Source: a virus
Length of the DNA: 64,000 nucleotides
Virus record (IMG/VR): IMGVR_UViG_3300032117_000009
Location: 1-64,000 of that record
Direction: 5' to 3' (one strand)
In this document: piece after piece, positions 38,634-47,899 of the stretch
Numbering within the stretch: the stretch's first letter is position 1
Layout: each line of letters begins with the position of its first letter
Notes under the pieces: model-generated
The model's database searches: none
What the model saw: only the letters and a program-made list of their open reading frames with translations
Told to the model about the DNA's origin: nothing
Made by a program: the position numbers and the translations under genes

Positions 38634-39499
38634 TAAATGCCACCTGCATTTGCTGCTGCGTACATAAAGTGAGGCCGAGCAGGGTTAATAAACATTCTTG
38701 GAATAAGACCACCAGCGACAAGCATAGAACGCTTAGAACCAACCATGTACGCCCTTTTCATTTGACGAAGTTGTTTATCAGCAATTTCTTTTTCAATTTT
38801 ATAAAATTCCATCCAACGGTCATAGTAATCTCTACGATTTAACCAAGCAGCATTCATGCCTTCTGGCGTTGGCTGTTCAATATATTGTCTTGCTACATGT
38901 TTGATAAAATGGGCATATGTTTGAGAAGTCAAAACACCGACCCAATTACCTGGCCATGAAGCATTTGCTGTAATACCAATTTCGTAAGCTGGCTGGAAAA
39001 CTGGTTGAAACTCATAGTTACAATAATCAATTGCTTCTGTTGACATTATAAATGAAACTTGCTCGTATGCATTAAAATTTGATTGTTTCATATTTTGTAG
39101 ATATGGACCACCTTGATCAGAATCAAAAGATGCATCAATTCTTTGAAAAATATTTACTGCAAGCTGTCTTTCATCATAAGTTAAACCTGACCAAAATGGC
39201 ATTTGTTCTGTTACTTCGTATTGATCAGTTGCAGTTCTTGGTGATCCACCTATTGAATAAGACCAGGTAACAAGGTAATTACCCATAATAGATGATTGTT
39301 GGGAATTAAGTGTATATTGATATTTACCAACGTCTTCTTTTGTTGCAACTGTACCAGCAGGAACAACAATAGTATTGCTATCAGTGTTTGTTACTTGTAA
39401 TGTTACTTCATCATTATCAGGATCTGCCAAGGCTCCATTTTGATAAATCATAAGGCCAACAGGCTCTGCAGCAAATTGTGGTACAGGTCTAACTCGCAT
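38633..39499 (-). CDS. head-tail adaptor-like structural protein with N-terminal Ig-like domain
   Basis: ALADPD...DVGKYQYTL...YLVTWSY beta-sandwich followed by a helical domain. Confidence 0.5.
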   Translation of the reverse strand: MRVRPVPQFAAEPVGLMIYQNGALADPDNDEVTLQVTNTDSNTIVVPAGTVATKEDVGKYQYTLNSQQSSIMGNYLVTWSYSIGGSPRTATDQYEVTEQMPFWSGLTYDERQLAVNIFQRIDASFDSDQGGPYLQNMKQSNFNAYEQVSFIMSTEAIDYCNYEFQPVFQPAYEIGITANASWPGNWVGVLTSQTYAHFIKHVARQYIEQPTPEGMNAAWLNRRDYYDRWMEFYKIEKEIADKQLRQMKRAYMVGSKRSMLVAGGLIPRMFINPARPHFMYAAANAGGI

Positions 39500-39529
39500 T
39501 TTTACCTATATTCTTTCTAACTTTAAAAA

Positions 39530-40339
39530 TTAAAGCTGTTCAGAATTCCAATTGGTTTGTCCAATTGCTTGATAAAAATGCTTTAAACCATTGCTAGCGC
39601 CACGTACATAAACGTGAGTATACTTAGAAGTAACTTCTACAACAGGCGTAGCGTTTGCAAGTAAACCAGTTGGTTGAAAAGAATCTTCTCCCCAAGCCTG
39701 TGTTGCTGAAAGAGGGCCATCTACACCCTGATATTTATGGTGAAAAGTACCTGTGTTGTCTACCCACATTACATGAGTCATTCCATTTTCCTGGTAAACA
39801 GCTGAAGCCATTTCTTCATCTCCTGAAGTAGTCGGCGTAGGTGCCGGTGGTTGATTTGTTTGAGCTAAAATTGTTGGTATTTGATTAAGTATTGGCTGTC
39901 CTGGGCATGCTAAATGATTTCCACCAGCAACCCCTAATTCACCATGACCAATCCAACCAGAACCATTTGGGTCAGTAGTACGAACAAGAGGTATGTTGCT
40001 TGTAGTATTTAACCATTCATAAAGAGCAACATCAGCAGCAATTTGAGCAGTTGTTAATGAGTCGCCAGAATTGCCTTCGTGCTCAATAGAAATTGCAACA
40101 CCATTATAATTAGCTTCTGCCCAAGCTGTCATAGAAGTATCTACATATTGATGCACTGTTCCATCTTTGCCAACCCCAAAATGAGCAGAAACTTGAGCAG
40201 CTGGATTTTGAAACCAATTATCTGTACCAGCTAATGTTCCAGACATAATATGCATTACACCAAGTCTAACTTGACCAATTGGGCCACCTACATTAGGTAC
40301 ATTATCCCCAAGCCATACAGCTCCTGGGTATCTTGCCAT
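39530..40339 (-). CDS. endolysin, N-acetylmuramoyl-L-alanine amidase (Amidase_2) with C-terminal beta-repeat domain
   Basis: VMHIM, VSAHFGV...QYVD...AWAE, ISIEHEG, GHGE...HLACPG Zn-amidase motifs. Confidence 0.92.
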   Translation of the reverse strand: MARYPGAVWLGDNVPNVGGPIGQVRLGVMHIMSGTLAGTDNWFQNPAAQVSAHFGVGKDGTVHQYVDTSMTAWAEANYNGVAISIEHEGNSGDSLTTAQIAADVALYEWLNTTSNIPLVRTTDPNGSGWIGHGELGVAGGNHLACPGQPILNQIPTILAQTNQPPAPTPTTSGDEEMASAVYQENGMTHVMWVDNTGTFHHKYQGVDGPLSATQAWGEDSFQPTGLLANATPVVEVTSKYTHVYVRGASNGLKHFYQAIGQTNWNSEQL

Positions 40340-40394
40340 GTTATCTCCCTAAGAATCTTCTATAACTAATATTGAAAAGAACAATGAAATACAT

Positions 40395-42053
40395 CTAGGT
40401 TCCATTTGCAACACCAGCATCTGGAGGATCAAGATTTTCATCTAATGAATAATCAAAATCTGTACTAGTAGGCTCAACAAATTCTTCAGTTTCATTAGCT
40501 TCTGCAAAATCAGTTGGATCTAATTTCTCTGGCAAAGACCAATCATTTGTTATTAATTGTTGTGTATGACTAAACATATCTTGTATTTTTAAGAAAATAT
40601 TTTTGGTAATGTTACGTACATAGTTCAATCTAGAATTTACTTTGATTAAAATTATTTTAATTCTTTGTTTACTATTTGTTATTGAAACTATTGTTGATAT
40701 ATCTATAATAATAGCTTTAAATTTAGAAGCATTAACCATTGTACTTTCTAAAATATTAATTCGTTTTGTTATAGTAGATTTTCTAATTAAATTGTATGTA
40801 TTTGCTGATGCAGATATTATTGATGAAATAAAACTTTTTGCTGTTGGGTTTGATTTTGCTTCAATTGATTGTTTAACGTTACCTGAAACATTTGAATTAG
40901 AAGATTGTTGAGTAGTAAAACCTAATAATGAAGAAATTGATCCTACAACATTAAAAATTATATTGCTTATTGTTATATTATTATCAATTTTAGAAGATAA
41001 TAAAGAGCCATTTAAAGTTGCGTTAGTTTGTGTATTTGTATTTTTTGTTTCTTCATTTGTTGATAAATTTGATGTTATGTTACTAGAACTAATATAATTT
41101 CCAATTATATTTCCAATTATATTTATTGGTTGTCCAACTAAAGCTTGAACACCAGATTCTGCATTATTTACGCTAGAAATAGTTTCTAATATAGTAGCTC
41201 CGGTAACGCTTTCTGTAGTAGTATTGCCTGAGCTTGAATGGCTAGTTGTTAAGCTTGATGTTGTTATAACAATACCAGCACTAGATTCATTTGTATCTGT
41301 ATCAGTTACAGATTCAGATATTGAACCTAAAATAGAAATAGTAGAAGGTAAATAAGATATTTCTATGTAATTTGATGTATAGCTAGAAGAACTCCATGTC
41401 CACTTAGTAATAGCACCAATTCCATCTGTCCCAGATGTTCCAGGCAAATAATAAGCAGCGTTTGCCATTGACGTACCATTTAAAGGACCTGTCCACACAG
41501 ATGGCGTTAAGTTTGACCCAGATCCCCAAGTTGTGCTAGTGGTAGACCCAGCTACCGCAGCTGCTATCAATATTAAACTTGAAGTTTTTGCAGCTGGGGA
41601 AGAGAATCCAGGTGTTGTTAATGGGCTTGATACTCCGTAACCATTAATAACTTGGTCTAGAGGGTTTGAAGAAATACCTTTAAAATGATAAATATATGCA
41701 TATCTATAATTGGCACTTGTTGAAATGCCATTATTATCTGTAAGGTTAAATTGAACTGAGTTGCTGCCACCACCTGCTGAAATACTATTTGTTACATAAG
41801 TTCTCATTATAGCTAAGCCTGGAGCTGCAATAGAAAATACATATGCATCTCTTACCCATGTATTACCAGAAGTATCTGAAGCAGTTTGACAAATTGCTGT
41901 AGAACCACCATTTCTAACAACAGCAATTAATGTATCACCTAAACTTATTTGGGACGCATTGCTATAAGTAGCAGTTATCTGCGTACCAGTACTACTAGGA
42001 GTACCTGATCCAGCAACTTGAACATATGAAATGGGGGTATAAGCGCCCGCCAT
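40395..42053 (-). CDS. Ser/Thr-rich virion protein (552 aa)
   Basis: Low-complexity Ser/Thr/Asn composition; located in the structural cluster. Confidence 0.6.
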   Translation of the reverse strand: MAGAYTPISYVQVAGSGTPSSTGTQITATYSNASQISLGDTLIAVVRNGGSTAICQTASDTSGNTWVRDAYVFSIAAPGLAIMRTYVTNSISAGGGSNSVQFNLTDNNGISTSANYRYAYIYHFKGISSNPLDQVINGYGVSSPLTTPGFSSPAAKTSSLILIAAAVAGSTTSTTWGSGSNLTPSVWTGPLNGTSMANAAYYLPGTSGTDGIGAITKWTWSSSSYTSNYIEISYLPSTISILGSISESVTDTDTNESSAGIVITTSSLTTSHSSSGNTTTESVTGATILETISSVNNAESGVQALVGQPINIIGNIIGNYISSSNITSNLSTNEETKNTNTQTNATLNGSLLSSKIDNNITISNIIFNVVGSISSLLGFTTQQSSNSNVSGNVKQSIEAKSNPTAKSFISSIISASANTYNLIRKSTITKRINILESTMVNASKFKAIIIDISTIVSITNSKQRIKIILIKVNSRLNYVRNITKNIFLKIQDMFSHTQQLITNDWSLPEKLDPTDFAEANETEEFVEPTSTDFDYSLDENLDPPDAGVANGT

Positions 42054-42057
42054 ATTA

Positions 42058-43053
42058 TTACGACAATGTTACGGTAATGCCAGTGGTAGCTGGAAGGGTG
42101 ATCTGCATACCAGAAGTTAACATTGGTACGTAGTTTGAAAGTGTATTCCAAGCATAAACAGATCCTGCGCCTTGGGTTTGGCTAGAAGCAAGGAAAAAAC
42201 CACAAACATTGCCCCAAGATCCACCAGAAGTTGTAGATCCAGATGGGAAAGTAATAGCTGTTGTATAGTTTGTAGTTGACCCATACGTAGAAGATCCGCT
42301 TGTTGTTATAAATGGTGAAGGTGTTTGTGGAGCAGCAAATGCGCTAGATTGACTGTTTGTCACTGATTGTCTTGCATAGTTATTTGAGCTAGCAACTTCT
42401 GTTGCGTAATAACCTGATGTTGAAGATGCCAATGCAATTGTTGAACCAATGGGAAGAGTAGTTGCAAAAGAAGTAGAAGAAAATGATAACGTTGTAGCGC
42501 CAACATAATTAGAACCACTACCAGAATAAGTTGACCCTGATCCTGATACTGATGGTGTTCCTGTAGTAGTTACGTTCTGGGTAACTGCTCCATTTGGGCT
42601 AGTTATAGTAAGAACTGTGCCTGATGGCAATGCTGTAGTAAGTGGTGTTCCAGTTGCCTGGTTTGTTCCCTGAGCACAAGCAACAGAAGTTAAAGAACCA
42701 GTCCCAGAAGCAGAAGATAAAACACCAATTGTTCCATAAAAATATGGTGTTACTTCTTGCCACCAAGTGGTTGAACTTGTTGCATCCTGAGTTAGAGCAC
42801 CAGCTGTGGTATTAAAAGTGACAGTTCCAGAAGCTGCAGAACCAGACGTTGCTACACAACGATAAAGTTTATTTGTTGCAGCTGTAGAAAAGTTTGAAGG
42901 AATAACAAGATCCCCAACGTTATATGTTTGTGCTGAATAAATGCCTTTTGAAGAAGTAATAAGCCCTACATAATAAGTACTTGGGATACCAGATGTATTA
43001 GAACCAAATAATGCTTGAAGCATTTGCGGTTCTCCATATGAGGTCAAAGGCAT
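42058..43053 (-). CDS. virion/tail fibre-associated protein (331 aa)
   Basis: YYVGL...EVASSNNYARQSV...ITFP...WGNVCGFFL frame with Ser/Thr-rich inserts. Confidence 0.6.
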   Translation of the reverse strand: MPLTSYGEPQMLQALFGSNTSGIPSTYYVGLITSSKGIYSAQTYNVGDLVIPSNFSTAATNKLYRCVATSGSAASGTVTFNTTAGALTQDATSSTTWWQEVTPYFYGTIGVLSSASGTGSLTSVACAQGTNQATGTPLTTALPSGTVLTITSPNGAVTQNVTTTGTPSVSGSGSTYSGSGSNYVGATTLSFSSTSFATTLPIGSTIALASSTSGYYATEVASSNNYARQSVTNSQSSAFAAPQTPSPFITTSGSSTYGSTTNYTTAITFPSGSTTSGGSWGNVCGFFLASSQTQGAGSVYAWNTLSNYVPMLTSGMQITLPATTGITVTLS

Positions 43054-43065
43054 AATAATTTTCTC

Positions 43066-43683
43066 CTATTGGAATTGAACATCAATAATAAAATAAATAG
43101 AGTCCCCACTATTTAGTGTAAGACCTGTAAAATCTGCTTTTGCAAATAAACTGCCAGAAACAGATTGAACTACTGTAGAAGCTGCAATTGAACTAAGTGC
43201 TGTTGAACCGTTTACACCACGAGTAACTGTCCAGTTAACACCACTTATAGCTGTAACAGTCATAACTTCTGTTAAAATTTGAATGTTAAATGGAGTAGAT
43301 GGTATCGTACCAATGTTTCCAGAATTAGAAACCTGTATTGATGTTTGCACTGCACTAGTTATTTGAGTAGCAAGCGTTGTTTGGTAAGGTGATGTGGCAG
43401 AATCAAATAAACCAACATTTGTAATTGTTTCAGAAGATCCTGCAGTCAACGTTGCAACAACTTGGTAAGTATCCCCAGATGTTGTAGAAGTTACAGAAGA
43501 AGTAGTTCCTGCAGCTCTTCCATCTGCTATAACTTCATTAAACAATCCTTCATCTGAAGGAGCAGAAGTACCTGAACCTATACCCCATGCAATATATTTT
43601 GGCACAGAAGAAGGTGTAGCATAAGTATTTAATATTCTTTGTACTATGCCAGATCTACCTAATGTTGTAAGTGTAGCAGCCAT
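43066..43683 (-). CDS. tail-collar fibre-like protein (205 aa)
   Basis: YIAWGIGS...LFNE...ITNVGLFD...LFAK...DSIYFII resembles tail-collar fibre proteins. Confidence 0.55.
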   Translation of the reverse strand: MAATLTTLGRSGIVQRILNTYATPSSVPKYIAWGIGSGTSAPSDEGLFNEVIADGRAAGTTSSVTSTTSGDTYQVVATLTAGSSETITNVGLFDSATSPYQTTLATQITSAVQTSIQVSNSGNIGTIPSTPFNIQILTEVMTVTAISGVNWTVTRGVNGSTALSSIAASTVVQSVSGSLFAKADFTGLTLNSGDSIYFIIDVQFQ

Positions 43684-43833
43684 TTACTTCTTCTTAAATA
43701 ATTTTTTTATTTTGCCAAGAGTTGTATCAGAGCTAGACTCCCAGGAAGATACTATACCAAAGTCTTCCTGGGAGCCATTAGCCCTAACAATAATTGCTTT
43801 GACGTTAATTTTTTTAACGCCAGATAATTCCAT
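43684..43833 (-). CDS. small hypothetical protein (49 aa)
   Basis: MELSGVKKINVKAIIVRANGSQEDFG...; exactly fills the gap with a TAAATG junction. Confidence 0.55.
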   Translation of the reverse strand: MELSGVKKINVKAIIVRANGSQEDFGIVSSWESSSDTTLGKIKKLFKKK

Positions 43834-43836
43834 TTA

Positions 43837-45018
43837 CTAACCCTGCCAACGAGTTGTACGGTACTGACCAGTTTGTACTGGAAGAGCACCAACATTAGAA
43901 CCAGTTACAGTAATTGATGTACCAGACGCTGTAGCGTTGAAAGCATTTGTTGTTCCTGGCCAATAAGGAACATTTTGGCCCTGCACAGATGAAAGCACAA
44001 AACTAGTACCAGGAGTAACTGTTCCAACATAAGCATTTGTTGGAATGCCAGTTCCAGTTACAGGCTTGCCAAAATCAGCCCATGTAATGCTTACGTCGGC
44101 AACAGTTCCTGAACCAGAAGTTACAGTAGCCGTATCGGTTCTAGAATAAATTTGTGACTCAACAACTGATGTACGAATTTGGCGAACTTGCGTTTCAGCA
44201 CCATATACAGTAGCACCAGAATAACCAGTAGTTGCATTTGGATTATGAACAAGTGCATCTGTTACATATGTAGGAGCTTGATATGCAGAAAAAGCATTTG
44301 CTGATTCTGGGTAAGCAACGACAGCAGGTGATGACGAATAAGCAGTACCACTTGTTGTGTATGTATTCCATACAAGCGTTGTTGTGCCAGTAGTTGTTTG
44401 CAAAGTTGCATTAGCAGCAGTTGTTCCAACATAAAGGTTGAAAGACGAAGCTGTAGTAGGCTGCAAAACATTTGCAGTTTGATCTGTTATTGCAAACGAA
44501 ATTGAAGCAGATGTTGTTGCTACAGAAATAGATGTAGCTGGGCTTGAGAAAGACTCAACGCCATTACTAACCCTTGTTACGTAATAGTAATACGTAGTTG
44601 CTGAACCTGGGTTAATTCCAGGAGTTGCTGTTATTCCTGAATAAGAACCTGGAGGGGTTACGTTCGTAGTTGCTGCTGAAGAAACTTTGAATGCAGAAGT
44701 TGTAAGACCAGAAGATGAAACGGTAAAAGTACCATTCAAACTAGCAGCTGTTCCAGTAAACCCAGCAACAACTACTGTCTCACCAGCAGTAAATGTATTA
44801 GTAGCAGTAAATGTAAATGTATAATTACCTGAAGAACCAGTAACGCTTGCTGCAGTAATACTAACGCCTGTAGCTGAAGTAGCTGTAGTTGTTACTGAAG
44901 CTGGTGGCTTAAGCAGATAAACACCCTGCTCACCTTCCATAGCAGAAGCGCCACCCTTAGAATTAACTCTAATGGCAAGCTTTTCTGCAGATTCTGTTGC
45001 TACGTTATATGTTGTCAT
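43837..45018 (-). CDS. Ser/Thr/Ala-rich virion protein (393 aa)
   Basis: Modular beta-rich domains downstream of the capsid genes. Confidence 0.65.
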   Translation of the reverse strand: MTTYNVATESAEKLAIRVNSKGGASAMEGEQGVYLLKPPASVTTTATSATGVSITAASVTGSSGNYTFTFTATNTFTAGETVVVAGFTGTAASLNGTFTVSSSGLTTSAFKVSSAATTNVTPPGSYSGITATPGINPGSATTYYYYVTRVSNGVESFSSPATSISVATTSASISFAITDQTANVLQPTTASSFNLYVGTTAANATLQTTTGTTTLVWNTYTTSGTAYSSSPAVVAYPESANAFSAYQAPTYVTDALVHNPNATTGYSGATVYGAETQVRQIRTSVVESQIYSRTDTATVTSGSGTVADVSITWADFGKPVTGTGIPTNAYVGTVTPGTSFVLSSVQGQNVPYWPGTTNAFNATASGTSITVTGSNVGALPVQTGQYRTTRWQG

Positions 45019-45617
45019 CAGAAGCCTCTCTGTGTCGTGTTGTATTGACCGTTCTGGAAGACAATAGCCCCAGCCCAGTCCTTAGTGTTTACGTTTGTGT
45101 TCCAGCTGATAAGGTCACCGTTCTGAGCTGTGATCCATGGATTCCACATATTGTAAGCACCACTTATAGTGTTGTTATATGGATAGGCAGTTTCTACAGT
45201 ACCATTTGTAGTTTGACTAACACCATTTTGTGTAGTGTTGTTAATTACAAAAGTCGTATTGTTTGTGATCGAAGCAATTATAAATGTTCCGTTGAATACA
45301 GCAGGGATTGTACCCTGTATTGAAACTGATTGGCCTGCACTAAAAGGATTAGCTGAAGTAGTTGTCACTATCCATGTTGATCCGTTTGCTACAATTCCAG
45401 AAACGGCAATCGATGGAGTGAACTTAAGTGAACCATCTACAGAATCGGCTACAGCTTCCTGAACGGCCTCTACATAATCATCAGAGACTTCATCCTGAGC
45501 GACTTCATCAACTACAACCTCAGCCTCTACTGGAGCTTCAGCCTTTATTTCTTTTTTCTTAGAAGCCTTGGGAGAATCCTTGACTTCTTTTACATCCTTA
45601 GTTGTTTCGTCGCTCAT
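45018..45617 (-). CDS. virion-associated protein with acidic N-terminus
   Basis: AAGGAG SD before MMSDETT; contains the shared beta-barrel module. Confidence 0.6.
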   Translation of the reverse strand: MSDETTKDVKEVKDSPKASKKKEIKAEAPVEAEVVVDEVAQDEVSDDYVEAVQEAVADSVDGSLKFTPSIAVSGIVANGSTWIVTTTSANPFSAGQSVSIQGTIPAVFNGTFIIASITNNTTFVINNTTQNGVSQTTNGTVETAYPYNNTISGAYNMWNPWITAQNGDLISWNTNVNTKDWAGAIVFQNGQYNTTQRGF

Positions 45618-45627
45618 CATTTCTCCT

Positions 45628-46176
45628 TTAGTAGCGTCGTGAAACTTCCCCATTCCAGACTTCTTCTGGAGTTAGGGATTTGCCAATTGGTTCTGCCTCA
45701 TCTGGGAGGTCCTTCTTGTAAAGACCATTTTCTTCAGAAGCATTAGGTCCTAAAAGCTTAGCCATACGATCATTATGATCTTCTACGTTGCTAGGCTCAT
45801 CTGTTAATTCTGGAATCCGCTCAGAAGCTTCTTCCTCTGTTAAAAATCGAATCTTGCCTCTTTGGGCTGCACGAAGAATATAAGGATCTCTTCGTAAATC
45901 TCCCTCTAAGGTCTGTACAGAACCGTGGTAACCATTTGGGGAAAGTAAGAACGATCCTTTGGGGCTATTGAACACTGTTCTGGCTGCAGTAAGGTTTTCA
46001 ATCCATTCTGCAGTCTGTACATCTGAAAAGGCTTTTGCGCTTGGTGGCACAATTGACTTTGCAGCTGCTAAATCTTGTGGGTCTGGCTTGTGATCTACAA
46101 ACTCTCCATCAAGAGAAGGAACTTCAACTGGGGTAGCTTCCCCACCGTCACTTCTTCTGGTAACTTGTCTTGACAT
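45628..46176 (-). CDS. hypothetical protein (182 aa)
   Basis: AAGGA SD; first gene after the capsid hairpin. Confidence 0.7.
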   Translation of the reverse strand: MSRQVTRRSDGGEATPVEVPSLDGEFVDHKPDPQDLAAAKSIVPPSAKAFSDVQTAEWIENLTAARTVFNSPKGSFLLSPNGYHGSVQTLEGDLRRDPYILRAAQRGKIRFLTEEEASERIPELTDEPSNVEDHNDRMAKLLGPNASEENGLYKKDLPDEAEPIGKSLTPEEVWNGEVSRRY

Positions 46177-46239
46177 TTTAATTTTCCTTTGCTTTCAAGG
46201 GATACGATATGTATCCTGAGCTAACTTTAAATACTAAGT

Positions 46240-46281
46240 GTTTGTGAGGGGCTAGAGCCAATCCCTAACCCCATCACAAAC
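46240..46281 (-). terminator. strong hairpin after the major capsid gene (no U-tract)
   Basis: GTTTGTGA/TCACAAAC plus GGGGTTAG/CTAGCCCC stems. Confidence 0.6.
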
Positions 46282-46299
46282 GGCAACGCACTCGTAAAA

Positions 46300-47307
46300 C
46301 TAGGCCTTGACGATCTTACCAAGACCACGAGGGTTAAGAACGATCTCAGAAACAAGCTCGTCCATGACCCAACCCTTGTGGAATTTCTCAGGGGTGTGGT
46401 TCTCTTCAACGTCAAGGGAGTACATGACAGGGAAGACACCGAGGAACTCAGGAGCAGGGGTCAGATAGACCGTACCCTGAGGAACCTCAATTGAACGCTG
46501 AACCTGGAAACCACCGAACTGGATGATGCGCTCACCGGCAACAACACGGTCCTTGAAAGCCCAACCAGTCTGGTTAATGTCCCACTTGTAAAGGTCACGG
46601 TAGTCGATTGGGTTCATCAGAAGGCGAGCAGCCTCAAGCTGGTGAACTTCGATCAGACCAACGAGGTCATACAGCGAGTCAGGAGTTACATAACCTGAAA
46701 GCTCATTGACGATGTGGGTTGGTGAAACAACGTGGTTAGGGTCAACAGCGTAGTTATTGATAGCAGCTTCAAGAACTGTGATCAGGCGAGCATCCTCTTG
46801 TTGCATGATAGCCTGCTTCGACATGTCTTGGGCATACTCTACGATGTTAACACGCAAGTACCAGAGGTCTTCCTTCTTAATCTGAGGGAAGGTGGCGATA
46901 CGGAACAAACGGACTGGAACTTTCTTACCTTCGAATGGGGTAACACGAACTTCACCCTCATTACCAGACAGAACGTAAGCCTGACCGTACTCGTCCAGAA
47001 CGTCATAGACAACTGGAACACCAGGGGTCAGTGGGTCCTCAAGAAGGACGTTACGGGTCATACCCTGGTAACGAAGCTTCAGCTGGATAGGACCAATCAT
47101 ACCCTGGCCCAAACGGACCATATAGTTGTCCTTGTCAGCAAGGATCTGCGACAGACGACGTTGCTTCTCTTCACGAGTAGCAGTAACACGGCCTGTAGCC
47201 TCCTTCAGACGACTACGAGCCTCAACAATGTCATTTACATAAGTATCTGACTTGCGAGCTACTCTAGGGCCAATACCGCCCTGATTTGAAGTTAGTGATG
47301 TAGACAT
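46300..47307 (-). CDS. major capsid protein (HK97 fold, Bxz1-like)
   Basis: 335 aa after protease, scaffold and decoration genes; strongest GC3 bias in the window; AAGGAG SD; PIQLKLRYQG...EIVLNPRG. Confidence 0.88.
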   Translation of the reverse strand: MSTSLTSNQGGIGPRVARKSDTYVNDIVEARSRLKEATGRVTATREEKQRRLSQILADKDNYMVRLGQGMIGPIQLKLRYQGMTRNVLLEDPLTPGVPVVYDVLDEYGQAYVLSGNEGEVRVTPFEGKKVPVRLFRIATFPQIKKEDLWYLRVNIVEYAQDMSKQAIMQQEDARLITVLEAAINNYAVDPNHVVSPTHIVNELSGYVTPDSLYDLVGLIEVHQLEAARLLMNPIDYRDLYKWDINQTGWAFKDRVVAGERIIQFGGFQVQRSIEVPQGTVYLTPAPEFLGVFPVMYSLDVEENHTPEKFHKGWVMDELVSEIVLNPRGLGKIVKA

Positions 47308-47332
47308 TATATTTCTCCTTTAAGAAATTAAG

Positions 47333-47884
47333 TTACTGAGCGTTACCAGAAACTGTGCCGAGCGTGCCAATAGGTACAAGACGGATAACAATTTGTGTAG
47401 CGCCAAGAACATCAATAAGCTCAGCAACTGGAACGGCACCTGAAGCTTGGTCAGTGGTAAGCATACCCTTCTTGCTAGTACCAGTACCAGCGTAAAGGTA
47501 CTGACGACCACCATTGTTAGGCACTGTGTAACCAGCTGAAGCAGCTGTATCGAAAGCAGGAGCACCAATGGTGAAGAAGGCATTAGAGCCACCCAACCAT
47601 ACTGCTACTGAGTTCATACCAACCTGTGAAAGGTCATCGATGTTGGCATTACGGTCGAAAGCAGCAAGGCCAAATGGCTTAGCATAGGCTGTGCTTACGT
47701 TTGTAGCACCATCGTAAAGAGCAACCGTGTCAGCACCTGTGCGGTAAACAACCATGCCTGAGTAAATGTTACCAGTCTCGGCTGGGTCCAGGAAGGTGTT
47801 GTACGGGGTAGCCTCGTACTTTTCGTACAATGGTGTGCAAGTTCTGTGTACACCAACATTAGCAACGCTGTTAAGCTGTAGCAT
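47333..47884 (-). CDS. capsid decoration protein
   Basis: Directly upstream of the capsid gene with the same high-expression codon bias. Confidence 0.65.
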   Translation of the reverse strand: MLQLNSVANVGVHRTCTPLYEKYEATPYNTFLDPAETGNIYSGMVVYRTGADTVALYDGATNVSTAYAKPFGLAAFDRNANIDDLSQVGMNSVAVWLGGSNAFFTIGAPAFDTAASAGYTVPNNGGRQYLYAGTGTSKKGMLTTDQASGAVPVAELIDVLGATQIVIRLVPIGTLGTVSGNAQ

Positions 47885-47899
47885 GTTTTTCTCCTTTAA

